A DNA stretch of 63,105 nucleotides, filler included, from Platydemus manokwari (GCA_037951405.1; 5 parts of 5 records of this genome joined end to end with filler, not necessarily neighbours in it); one strand, 5' to 3'; shown: positions 1-11,349, counted from the first letter of the whole stretch. Notes: generated by a model from the sequence alone, not told the origin. Numbers and translations are program-made.

Positions 1-145
1 GGATAGAGCAATTGGCAGAAAGATGGCTTCGAGTCATTGAAAATGATGGACTGTACTTCGAGGAATAATATGTTCAGAGGTATAACAATTTGTGTTAATA
101 AAATACCTGCATAAAAACATGAATAACTTTTGACTCAACCTGGTA
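1..145 (+). mobile_element. 3' end of a mariner (Tc1/mariner) transposon: transposase C-terminus plus putative right TIR
   Basis: Frame 3..68 reads IEQLAERWLRVIENDGLYFEE*, matching the typical mariner transposase C-terminus (GIxxLxxRWxxxxxxDGxYFE*). It is followed by a TIR-like ACTTTTGACTCAACCTGGTA and then TA. Confidence 0.8.
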
Positions 146-590
146 TATAAACCTATTTTTCAACGTACTTATACGTACGATAACAAGTACATTAGAAAAT
201 ATGTTCATAACGAAATGTGAACTTGAAATAATTTTAGCTTAAAATCATTAATTGTTTTCGCTAATTTGTTAATAAGGACAAGTATAAGCTTAAAAAGTTA
301 TTCAAGATTTATAATTGTAAATTTTACATAGTTTTATCTCCTAAAATTGTCTACTATTTAAGTTAAATGCAGAAACAAATTTCAAAAGTAATTTATGAAC
401 TTTACAAATAATTTTATAATGTAAACAACAGTTAAGGCTGAAAACTTATAAAATCCATGTTATCATCTCTGACTTCATAAAACACTGTAACATATTGAAT
501 GAAAACAATTTATTTTACATCATCAAAATTACTATTTAAATAAAAATCGAATATCTGACGATTATTATTTTATAATTGATTCATAACAAT

Positions 591-1427
591 ATGCCGGCGA
601 AAGTTAGTCCTACAAAAGGTAGTCCAAAAAAAGGAAGTCCAAAAGAAAGCAAGGACAAAAGTCCAAAGAAAAAAAATGATAAAAGTCCTAAAAAAATGGA
701 TTTGACTCCCGTCGATGTTGCTCATGCCCCAATAACGCATGTTATTTTTGATTTGGACGGTGTTCTTTTGAATTCGGTCAGATATTTTGAATTGTTTGTT
801 AACAAATTAACTGTTCCATATGAGAAATATCTCTCACAATCATTGCAAAGGAAGTTAAAGAACAAAAAATTGGAAAGTGCTGCTAAAATTATAATTAGAG
901 AATTGGGTTTACCAATGACTAATAAAGAATTTGTAAATTATTACAAAGAATTAACACCAACATTGTTAAGAAAAGTTGAACTATTACCAGGTGTTAGCCA
1001 ACTGATAGAATATTTCAGAAAGCATGGAATGCCCATGGCTGTCGTTACGGAATCGAATGAAGAAAATTTTAAGCTCAAAATATCACGGCATAAAATGATC
1101 TTCGATAAAATAAGTGTGTCTGTATGTTATGGATCTGATCCAGAAGCCCACAAAGGAAAGCCAGAACCTTTTATTTATGAAATTGCTGCCTCAAGGTTTA
1201 AAGAAAAGATACCCAATGGTCCATACAATATTTTAGTGTTTGAAGACACTGAAGACGGAGTTGATGCGGCACTAGCAGCTAGAATGAAAGTAGTATGGGT
1301 TGCAGAATCAATCATTGATGTTTCGTTGCATAATTTTCATAAAAATCTTATGATTATTGACAGCTTGGAAAGTTTCCAGCCAGAGTTATGGCGTTTGCCC
1401 TATCGTAGTAAATTATATTCTATTTGA
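591..1427 (+). CDS. HAD-superfamily phosphatase, HDHD1/PUDP (GS1-like) family, paralog A, with N-terminal SPKK repeats; intronless
   Basis: First ATG at 591. HAD motif I is FDLDGVLL, motif II VVTES, motif III GKPEPFIY, motif IV VFEDTEDGVDAA. The C-terminus SLESFQPELWRLP resembles the HDHD1/GS1 SLxxFxPExxGLP end. Confidence 0.9.
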   Translation: MPAKVSPTKGSPKKGSPKESKDKSPKKKNDKSPKKMDLTPVDVAHAPITHVIFDLDGVLLNSVRYFELFVNKLTVPYEKYLSQSLQRKLKNKKLESAAKIIIRELGLPMTNKEFVNYYKELTPTLLRKVELLPGVSQLIEYFRKHGMPMAVVTESNEENFKLKISRHKMIFDKISVSVCYGSDPEAHKGKPEPFIYEIAASRFKEKIPNGPYNILVFEDTEDGVDAALAARMKVVWVAESIIDVSLHNFHKNLMIIDSLESFQPELWRLPYRSKLYSI

Positions 1428-4400
1428 GATTAGTTTTCTTTAATCGTTCGAAAATTGTATTTAAAAGTTCCTTCAATGAATGTACAATATTGTTTCACTT
1501 TCCAATCCTAAACAAACTGTGCAGTTCGGTTTTATTCTAAAATTGATACTCCATTTCGCCCTAATTTACAACCTTTCTTCTCTCTTTTTAGTGTCAACCA
1601 AAAATAAAATTTACATTAGCTTTCATTACTTGGATTAGATATTCATTAGTCTTTCTAGAACTTGAAATTATTTATAAAACTAATTCTTTATCCAGTCACC
1701 AAGCTTAAGAACCTCCCAATAAATATATTCAAACGACCTCACATTGAATTGCTTAGGTTTCAAATTTCAACATTTATCTTTATTTATTTTAATTATTTTA
1801 ATAATGGCTTAAATTATATTTATCTTTTTAACACCAAATAAATAACACGATGAATTAGATTTCGTTTAACATTAGACAACATTCAATTCAAAATTTAGAA
1901 TTCACATTACAAATTCATAGTATATAGGTACAGTTCATAAGAAAATTTTCGCCGATATATTTTCATCATGACTCGCATATAATTTATTTAATACTTTCAT
2001 GCTACCTTAAAATATTTCTTTTCCGAAAATCTTGATTGCGTGTAAAGTATAATTTTTACCATAGGTTTTCTACTTGAAAGAGGTTTTGAAAATGATGTTT
2101 CCACATTTTTAGTAGAGTCATGAGTTTGAAAAATATTTTTTGTGGACTAGAGAACATGAAATATTAGCTTAATTTTCTATAATTACACTTTCATATTATT
2201 ATGTGAAGATGATATGCCAGTCTTTAATCTGTAGATATTATCGATATTCTATGTACCTTTCATTATGTGCGAGATAAGGACATTCAAATGTCTGCACATT
2301 CAATGTTGATTGACATTGATTTTAGTTGATTTTGGATGCACTTTGGAATTAATTACTTTTGGATACACTAGTGTTGGTTAGAATTATTTATTGTGAACGT
2401 AAGTTATCGTTGATTGGGATTTATTAGAAAAGTTGATATACATTGTTTTTCACAATGTCATTGTTGGATTTAAGGAATATCTAGAATGCAGTAATGAGGG
2501 AGATCACATGGATTGATTTGATATTTTAATTTGGAAAATAGATTCAATTGATACTGTTTGGCTTGCACTGATATTTGAGGGATATACTGTGGGGTGTTTC
2601 TCTCAAAAATTAGAAATTTTAATCTTTCTTCATTAAAATTATTAAAATTAAATAAATAATTGTTGGCTGTGGGATTCTTCAAGAGGTTTCAACAAATACA
2701 TGCACTTCAATAATAATATTTGACTAAAAGTAAAAGTATTGAATTTGCCAGTGATCGATTTTGCGCAAAATTTTAAAAGAAATTTTGAAAAATAGATTGT
2801 CTCGAAGTCGAATTCTTGTTACTGAGCGGGAATATACTTCTGAAATCACTGTTGATATATTAGATATTTACTAACACTAAGTTAAAAATATGAATAACAA
2901 TTGTGCACAATCAAATCTTCAATGTTCACGTTCTTTTCAAGCTCAAAGATCAAGGTCAATTATCAAATAACAAGGAATCAGAACCCGAAAATTAAAATAT
3001 TGACAGAAATTAACATCAAAATAATCACACAAATAATTACGACAGATAGAGAGTTATCGATCATGAAACTCCTTTTATAGGCTTGTCGTGTGGGCTTGGC
3101 TTCTGTCTTGCAACTTCGTTCTTTATTGGTTAGAGCCACTTAAAATCTGGCTTATTGACAGATTCTTTTTTTATCTCCATGCCATTGTTGTATCTCGATG
3201 TTTGCTGCTTGTTGTTGATGCCTATGATTTGACAACTGAATTCTATTTAAGGGTCGATAATTTGGAACTATCTGATTGGTTGCTTATACGTGTGATCATC
3301 GTACTTGTGTGCATCGATTCCTTTAAGGGTTATTGAATGGTCTCAGTATTATTTTTATTGTTTTTATCACACACTCTACAGATTTAAATAAATAAATTTA
3401 TTATATAATACATAAATACATTGAAACCATTAGAACCGTCTAAATTTACTTGAAACTCTTTTATTTGAGATGTTCGGATTCTGTAAATCATATTTTTTAT
3501 TGCAAGAAGCCAGAAGAAGAATGAGATTAATATATTGCCTTCTGTTTTGCATGAAGCGCAAAGGTTGGTATGATTTTTCGGTATTAACTTTATATCAATG
3601 CTTGATGAGTGTGGTTCTATGTATTTCACAAGTTCCAAAAGCATTGACTTATTTTTGTGTAAACATCCAGGCCTGATCCACTTGACATGTTCATAAGCAC
3701 AAAAATTAGGTGATAATGCCAAATCCTAGCAGAGTGACGGATATTGGACCTCCAGAGATGTTGAGGTAACTTCTTTATACTCCCTTCTATAATAATAATT
3801 GCTTTAGTTTTCTTTTTGCCCTCGTTCCAGAGAATTCCGTGTGATAATTTTTCTTAAGTGCTCATCGATAATCATTGATAATCATTAATTTGATTTGCTA
3901 ATTTTAACAACTTCTTCGGCCACATATTTCCATCCTGCTTTCTTCGGTAAATTCTAGTATCAACATTAAACCACATACCAAATTTTCTGTATTGTTTTCT
4001 GTTTTGTTAATAATCTTACACTTCAATTTTGTTACTCAAAGTTTATTTGTTTTATAATTGCAATTGTTTCCAATAGATTGCATTTAAAAATCAAATCAGT
4101 CACGCAGAGATCTTTATTATTCATAAATTATGAGACTTTTTGAGAGTAGCTTTAGCTAACTCTCTAGTTTATTTAAATTAACATTCACAGATAAAACATT
4201 CCTTAACTAAACCTTTAAGCCTTTAGTCGTACTCCAAATTTATCTTCATATAAATTATTAAAGTATCTTCAATTGGAATCCGATAAGTATTAAATAATCA
4301 CGTGCAAGAAAACACTTCAAAACAAACCGAAGAATTAACAAAAATCTTATCTCATGTAAGAAAAATAAATAAACTTATTTTTAATTAATAATTTCGATGA

Positions 4401-4474
4401 GAGCTAAATGAAAGACTAAAATTATAAATCAATAATTTAATAATCAAGAATAACTAAATTAATACAATTTAAAA

Positions 4475-5299
4475 ATGCCAAAAAGTGGAAGCCCCAAGAA
4501 AGATAGTAAAGAGAAAAGCCCAAAGGGTAGCGATAAAAGTGGTAAAAAAGATAAAAGCCCTAAAAAAGAAGAATTAAGTCCAGAAGAAATCACAAAAGCT
4601 CCAATCACTCATGTAATTTTTGATCTGGATGGTGTCCTATTAGATTCTGTAAGATTTTTCGAAATGTTCATTAATAGATTAATAGCACCATACGAAAAAC
4701 ATGTTCCGCATTGGATTAATAATAAAATTAGAGATAGAAAAATAGAGAGTATTGCTAAAATCATTGTTGAAGGTTTAAGTTTGCCGATGACTCGAAATGA
4801 ATTTTTAAATTATTATAAAGAATGGACCCCGGAAATGTTAAAGAGCGTGGATTTACTCCCTGGGGTAAGTCGTTTAGTCATTTATTTTAAAAAACATAAA
4901 ATTCCGATGGCTGTTGTCACAGATTCAAACGAAGAGAATTATAATTATAAAGTACATCGACATAAAATTATATTTGATAAATTCAGTCATACAGTATGCT
5001 ATGGATCGGATCCTGAGACTAACAAAGGGAAACCTGAACCGTTTATTTATCAATTGGCTGCATCAAGGTTCAAAGATAACGTACCAAATGGCCCTTATAA
5101 CATATTGGTATTTGAAGACACAGCTGATGGAGTAGATGCTGCTCTAGCAGCTGGTATGAAAGTTGTTTGGGTGCCTGATCCAAGAACAGATACTACATTG
5201 CATAATTTTAACAAAAATCTAATGGTTATTGACAGCTTAGAAAATTTTAGACCGGAATTATGGCGTTTACCATATTTCAGTGAACTATATTCGATATAA
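4475..5299 (+). CDS. HAD-superfamily phosphatase, HDHD1/PUDP-like, paralog B, with N-terminal SPKK repeats; intronless
   Basis: 274-aa ORF with the same HAD motifs (FDLDGVLLDS, VVTDS, GKPEPFIY, VFEDTADG). Roughly two-thirds identical to paralog A by eye. AATAAA near 5338. Confidence 0.9.
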   Translation: MPKSGSPKKDSKEKSPKGSDKSGKKDKSPKKEELSPEEITKAPITHVIFDLDGVLLDSVRFFEMFINRLIAPYEKHVPHWINNKIRDRKIESIAKIIVEGLSLPMTRNEFLNYYKEWTPEMLKSVDLLPGVSRLVIYFKKHKIPMAVVTDSNEENYNYKVHRHKIIFDKFSHTVCYGSDPETNKGKPEPFIYQLAASRFKDNVPNGPYNILVFEDTADGVDAALAAGMKVVWVPDPRTDTTLHNFNKNLMVIDSLENFRPELWRLPYFSELYSI

Positions 5300-6363
5300 A
5301 AATATTATTTTATTTTCATCGTGTCAACAAACGAATCAATAAATATTTTTTAAAACGTATGCATCTAGCTTATTTATTAATTTGTGTGAAATAACATCCA
5401 CTTTATTAATAGAAATTATACATAATAATAAAAATATAATATTAATGAAAATAATTTTTAAAAAAGTGAAAAGTTTAAGGATTCATAAATTAAGGCTCGC
5501 ACAGAACAAAGAAAGACGAACTTTAAGTCTTGTATTACCATTTCTATTAAAAACAGATACAAATCAGTTAGCAAGAGAAGAAGTAAACGATTTATTCTAA
5601 ATTAAACCAGAAACACACATCGATCTAGAAAATGACTACATATACACAATGAACTCCTAAGATTCTTCGCACATTATTTCAGCATGGTAATAGAAAAATA
5701 TCTATTAAAGTAAGCTTTATAAACCTTATGGCAGTCAATAAATTTGCTTTTGCAATTAAAATCAAAACCTTTAACTATGTTCATAACCTCCTGGTTCATT
5801 TTAAATCATATAAGTCGCAAGATTAAAGGACATAAAGCACATACATCCATGACATAATAAACATGAGTAAGTTGGTATAATAAATTAATCTCTTTTGAAC
5901 ATAAAAATCATTAAAAATATTATAGCGCGTAGATTTTAAACAATATGAAAACGTCTATAAGCTTTTGACATAAGCAATTAAAAAGAAGTTGAACAGCGCT
6001 GGCCTTTGAAATAAAACACGATGGAACCAAGGTTATGCGTATTTTGGTTCCATTCCGGTTATTTTTATGCTAGCTATGTTTTGGGTCCAAATAATAAACT
6101 TTTCAAGCTAAAATGTAAAGTTCAACACACTACAAAATACCAAAAGGTAAAAATTAAAAACGAACATTGAAAATATTTATATTTGCAAAAATCAACAGTA
6201 TCAGTTAGAAACACAAGAATACAAAAATAGCATATAAACAAAATGCTTAGTAAAAATCTTTTGATTACATAAACATTTATCATAGGATTCATTATAATTT
6301 AAAAATTTAACTTAAAAAGTTTCTAAAATTCAAAAATAATTAACACAAAAAACAAATATCAAC

Positions 6364-6672
6364 TCATTTGATCAACATTTCTAAGGTAACACTTGTCTCC
6401 AAGTGTTTCTTTCTGAAACGTAATTTATGAAAGCTAATATTAACAATTATTACTATTAATATTAATGCGAGAAATATGAAAAGCATATACCAAGGATTAA
6501 AATGGAAATGTACTAAAGTTGAAAACTTTTGATAATTTCGATTTTCACATCTTAAACCATTCCAAAAGTCATTACAAGTGCAAAATAAACAGAATGAATT
6601 TTCCGAAGAACTATTTACGCAGGTTTTACAAACACCATCATTGAAGCAGTATCTCAAACAGTTGTTAGGCAT
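6364..6672 (-). CDS. Small membrane-anchored EGF-like protein (putative EGFR-family ligand, NRG4-like architecture)
   Basis: The ORF has C-x3-CFNDGVC...CxC-x8-C (CTCNDFWNGLRC, with the conserved GxRC). This is followed by a hydrophobic TM segment (WYMLFIFLALILIVIIVNISF) and a basic stop-transfer stretch (HKLRFRKK). Confidence 0.8.
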   Translation of the reverse strand: MPNNCLRYCFNDGVCKTCVNSSSENSFCLFCTCNDFWNGLRCENRNYQKFSTLVHFHFNPWYMLFIFLALILIVIIVNISFHKLRFRKKHLETSVTLEMLIK

Positions 6673-7260
6673 AAATATATATATTAATTAAACAAAAATA
6701 TAAAATCTTTCAAAAAATTAATTAAAATACTCTGTAAAAATTTTAAATTTATTTATAGTTTTCCAGTGTTCATAAGGGAACTAGAGTTTTGGCATTAATG
6801 CATTGAATATATGAGTAGTATAAATGAGTATCAAGTGTAATATTCATAAAACTTAAATATTTCAAATATAACTATCATTATAATTCATTTTAACAGAAAA
6901 TTCAAAATTTTATGCAGATTTGGAAACATTTGCTGCTGAATGTAAATCTTCGACTTCCTTAAATTGTTGATAAATTTTTTGAATTTGATATATAATTATA
7001 ATTGAAAAAATTAAAAAGAATATTTAATTAATGAAGTCGTGAATAAAAATAAATTAGAATTAGAGCATCATTATAGCATTAATTTATGGTAAAATCTAAG
7101 ATTTCCAAAAAGGACACCAATTATATTTAATGGAAATAAAAGAACAGGTTACGAGAAAATCAAATTTGAAATTAATTATGTTTGTGGGTTGGGGTTATTA
7201 TATTTTACTGGTCCTATAGAGGGCTTCAAAAAACAGAATAAAGGTCAAAAATGATAACCC

Positions 7261-8105
7261 TGTAATATATGATCAACTGTGGCATCAAGGACTTATGATA
7301 TCCCGTTGTCACCAGAGTAACCTGCGAGTTGAAATAATATTAATATCGTTAGTAACTACAATGATAACACGTTTAATTAAATAATTTATTTGAGAAGAAC
7401 GAAAATAAGTAACAATAAAAAAGCAACAAAACAAATTTTGCTAAACTGTGCAGTACAGTGCACAAGCAGATAACTACTTGATACTCAAAATACCTAGTAC
7501 CGGAAGGAAAGAATCAGGGAGACGACATAAGATGATTAATTAAATTACTTAATAATTACTCAATGGCAACAAAATAATCTTACAAATGTAACTGAATAGG
7601 CCGGAATAGAATAAATCAAAATTGTCGAATAGTCGTCAGCTGTGATAATGCGCTTTCGTAACGAAGTTCTTACGGTTTTTGTTTGATTTCTTATGTAACG
7701 AATTATGTGGCTTCTTTTGTATCTTCTTGTATATCTTCTTGTGTAGCGTTATATGTGTAGCTTCTTGTTATGTGTGTGAATGTTGTATTTTGCATTGTGT
7801 TTATTTAGTATTTTTCTATGATGCCGTTTCTATAACTGGCACCATTTTTATTATTTGGTATTATTATTTTATTTCGTATATTTGTACAGCGCTATGGCTG
7901 TTACTAAATTTATTTCTATTGTTGATTCTTATGGATATTCGTTTTTAGATCAGATAAAAATCAAATATAATAGATTTCTTGTGTTACTATTTTTGTTTAT
8001 TTGTTATCTGATTTATTTTGTCTCCCTTAGATCAGATAAAATATATCTTATTTTATATATTGTACTTTTATTGTTATTATTATTACAGCTGTTATTACTA
8101 TTATC

Positions 8106-8137
<32 letters not shown>

Positions 8138-8301
8138 TCTTATTATATTTCTCATTATCGCTTTTAGTCTTATTGTTTTAATGTTATATTTATTTACTCT
8201 CAATTTCCGCCCATTCCACTTACTGTATTCGCAAGTATCTCATTGACTAACTCTTATCATTATGTTTGTCGTCTCAACATAATCTCTCCCTCCGGCTTAC
8301 A
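7261..8301 (-). mobile_element. LTR-like remnant (~1 kb)
   Basis: TGTAA...TTACA termini. The minus strand starts TGTAAGCCGGAGGGAGAG, similar to the ends at 39898 and 56613. A PBS-like TGGTGACAACGGGA lies on the minus strand at 7301-7314. No clean TSD. Confidence 0.5.
8069..8132. repeat. (TTA)n-rich microsatellite
   Basis: Run of tta/ttg triplets seen directly. Confidence 0.9.
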
Positions 8302-8554
8302 AAATCAAAATTCAAGAGTATAAATAATTATTACCAAACTTCACATACTCATATGCAAGCAATATAATATCAAAATCAAAAAAGCAAATATCAAATTGTT
8401 AAATCAAATCAAATGTTATTGGGATCAAATAAAATGTTCAAATGTTATTGGGATAGGATTGAAATTGATTTGCTGTAATGAATGTTAGTTTGATTGATGG
8501 CGACTGTTGGATAATTGGATTGGTCTCCTGGGGATTATTTGATTGAAGGTGATT

Positions 8555-8660
8555 GTGGAATAATTGGATTATTGAGTTATTGTGGAATAATTGATTATTG
8601 AGGACGAATTGTGCGATAACTGGATTATTGAGGACGATTGAGGAATAATTGGATTATTTG
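8555..8660. repeat. Imperfect tandem minisatellite (~27-29 bp unit, about 4 copies)
   Basis: Recurring unit ggaataattggattattgag(gacg)attgt. Confidence 0.75.
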
Positions 8661-8720
8661 ATTCGGATTAGGGATGGATAACTGTTTACTGTCGGCGGGG
8701 TTTGAATATATTGTTGTTCG

Positions 8721-10923
8721 GTTTGGTGGATGATGAGGATGAAAGTGCATCCTCATGACTATTTGGGGGGGGGGTCAAAAAGACGCGTCACCGTGGTTAC
8801 ATTTCTAACTAAAGGCTTGCTTCTTGACTGCCTTTTTCTTGGGCTTCGCCTCGCTATTTTGATTCTTAGTGGAGGTATGAATTGATGTACCCACGGAACT
8901 TGAGTGTCCAAATCTACATCCGGATTTACATCGGGATAATGATATACCATTCTTTTCTCTTCAACATCCTGGATAGGGTTTTCATTGGCTGTCGATATTG
9001 GAGAGCAATTCATTGTGGAGCTCTCCTCTTCTTTTATTCACTCCCCACATTCATGGAGTGATTCTTCGATTCTTAAGACTATCTAAAATGTCGATCATTT
9101 CTTCATCTTCTGTGAGGTTTATTGTTAACTTCGTATTCTTTGTTTTGTGGTTTCTTCTACGGATTTCTTCTCCTCCTCCGGTGCCTTCCTTATTTCTTTA
9201 GATATTCTCGGCTCCGTCGTTTTCATGATGACTCGTTGACCATCTTTCAATTTTTTTGTAGGATGATATTCTTCTCCCAAATGCTGCTTGATCATATGAC
9301 CTTTTAGCAGCCTTTGATTTCTTTTTTTCTACTATTTCATCTAAAGGGATTAATTTCCAAATTTGCTGATCTCTTTGTTCTCGCACTATTGTCTTTGGTA
9401 CTATTGGATTTGGATCAACCAATTTTAATATAGCCGGGGCCTTGGTTATTTCTTGCCTTTTCAGTTCTATCATTTTTTCCTCCGTCCTGCGTTTTTGGTT
9501 GTTCCCAACTTCCAATAGATGTCTCTAATCCCCGCTAAATGATCTGGCACGTCTTCTTTTCTCATGGCCCTTCCCATGACGCTATAATAAATATCTCTCA
9601 ATCGCGAGAAATAGGCCATTTTTGTTCTCTTTGTTCCTCCGAAACAGCATTCATCGTTTACCGCCTCGTTCACTGCTGGTGCTCCGTCCAAATCCTTGAA
9701 ACCTAGGATTTCCGACATCCTGATCTCCAGCACCTCTAGCTTTTCTTTTAAATTGTGACCTACTATGATTCGGCCTCTCCACAAGTGCATGATATCCACT
9801 TTGATTTCTTCTTCATCCGGCTGGCCTCTCAACTCGTGATCGCCTAGCCCACTTTGTTCCATAAAATATTCCCCTATCTCCGATCTCGGGCATGATTTTA
9901 AGCTGAAGAGCATGTTGCCCTCGTAGTCCATAACTCCCACCCATGTGGAATGATGCTTCCCATAATAGCCAAGTGTCAGTTTGGCATTCAAAAATATTAT
10001 GTTTTTTCTATCTTCTTTGAACATTAAGCTTCTTCTAATGAATGATAGTTGCCTTTTTGATGCTTCGAATGGCAGCTCCGTCGATGATGCCAACGGTCTC
10101 TCTGGCACATCGATCATCCATCCGAATCGTTCGGGAAGGAGTTGTTCTAGCGTCAATGCAACTGGCAGATCTGAGGCACTAATTACTGCCTGTGTATAAC
10201 TCCTAAGAGATGGCATTCCGCTTCTGCCTCTCCCTGTATTGAGTGATAAGGTAATTTTGAGTTAGGATAGGGCTTCTATTTTTACGTCTTCTGCTACTAA
10301 CCTCACCGACAGTGACTAGTTCACTGTATGTATTACAAGGTGTGTCGTTTCTTGTGACACCTTCTTCATTAATTCTCCGATCTGGAATCGGGATTTCGTG
10401 ATGCTATGATAGATCATCATCACCCGATTTCTCTTTGACAATGCATTCAATTTGTTTGGCATCTCTTCTACTTTAAGGATTTCCTTCACCCCTACTCTAC
10501 AGTCGCTTCCTTTTATGATGGATTGTTGGATAGCATTGTAGAATTGCTTTGGATGATGGATGACTTGAATTTGATGAACGTCCATCTGAATCGAAAGAAC
10601 CATTAATATCATTAATATTATATTGTTACTCATTGCATAATTAATTAATTTAATTATTATTCGTGTTGTCATTATTATTACTCTTACTTTATTCGCCTCT
10701 GTGCCTGAAATCGCCTCTGCGATTTTTCCGCAGATTGGAGCGAAGTGCAACTTGTTTCAACAATTGATCTCATTGAATAATAAGTGGTTTATTATTTTAT
10801 GATAATTTAGTGTCCTAATACTCTTATAAATTTTTGATTTCCCCATGATTTTATTTATTTGATTGTTATCAATCATCATGCTTTTACTGTTTGGTGGATG
10901 ATGAGGATGATGGTGCATCCTCA
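8721..10923 (-). mobile_element. Putative mobile cassette bounded by 35-bp direct repeats with an internal palindrome
   Basis: gtttggtggatgatgaggatgaaagtgcatcctca at 8721-8755 and gtttggtggatgatgaggatgatggtgcatcctca at 10889-10923. The interior is GC-richer than the flanks and carries a broken minus-strand ORF. Confidence 0.6.
8759..10750 (-). pseudogene. Disrupted long ORF containing a REXO4/ISG20-like DEDDh exonuclease fold (9470-10216) with degenerate catalytic residues
   Basis: ORFs 10750-10316 and 10216-9470 share a frame and are separated only by a TAG and a TAA; further pieces lie at 9515-9198 and 9013-8759. VGVMDYEGNMLF...P...IGEY....SGL...L....EEIK.DI..LWRGRIIVGHNLKEKLEVL parallels the REX4/ISG20 consensus VSIVxxxGxxLYDxYVKP...VTDY.T..SGI...L.GRILVGHxLxNDLxVL. 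Confidence 0.65.
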
Positions 10924-11349
10924 GCAAATTAATTCAAAATTTTAAATTATTTAGTACGAAAGATTGTCAGGTCATTAATAAATTTTTATTTATTACCACC
11001 ATAATTGATTTGAGACCCACTGATATTTCTAGCTTTATGGTATTTTAAATTCTAATAAGAACTTTCTTTTTCAATAGGTGCCACGCTCTTTGCTGTTCGG
11101 TTGATGTTACTATAATCCACAATAGATTGTTATTTTTCTGCTAGTTGTTGAAATTGCAAACCTAATTAACTAAATAGATTTACTGTATTGTTTCAATTGT
11201 TATTGAATATAATGAGTATTTATTTTCTATATGTTAAAGATTGTAGTTGTTAAAATAGAAATTTTCTTTAGTTCATATTAAAAGTATACAATTTATAAAA
11301 ATTATTGATTAACACTTATAGAAAGGAATGTATAATAATATTACACAAT

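Noticed and set aside
7679-8181. Hydrophobic poly-Leu 'membrane protein' ORFs (also 61453-61728)
   Set aside because: They are translations of TTA microsatellites and T-rich LTR sequence.
8555-8660. CRISPR-like repeat array
   Set aside because: Eukaryotic context, degenerate head-to-tail units, no unique spacers and no cas genes.
8721-8755. Hammerhead ribozyme reading of the 35-bp repeat
   Set aside because: There is no CUGANGA, and no GAAA follows the stem in either copy.
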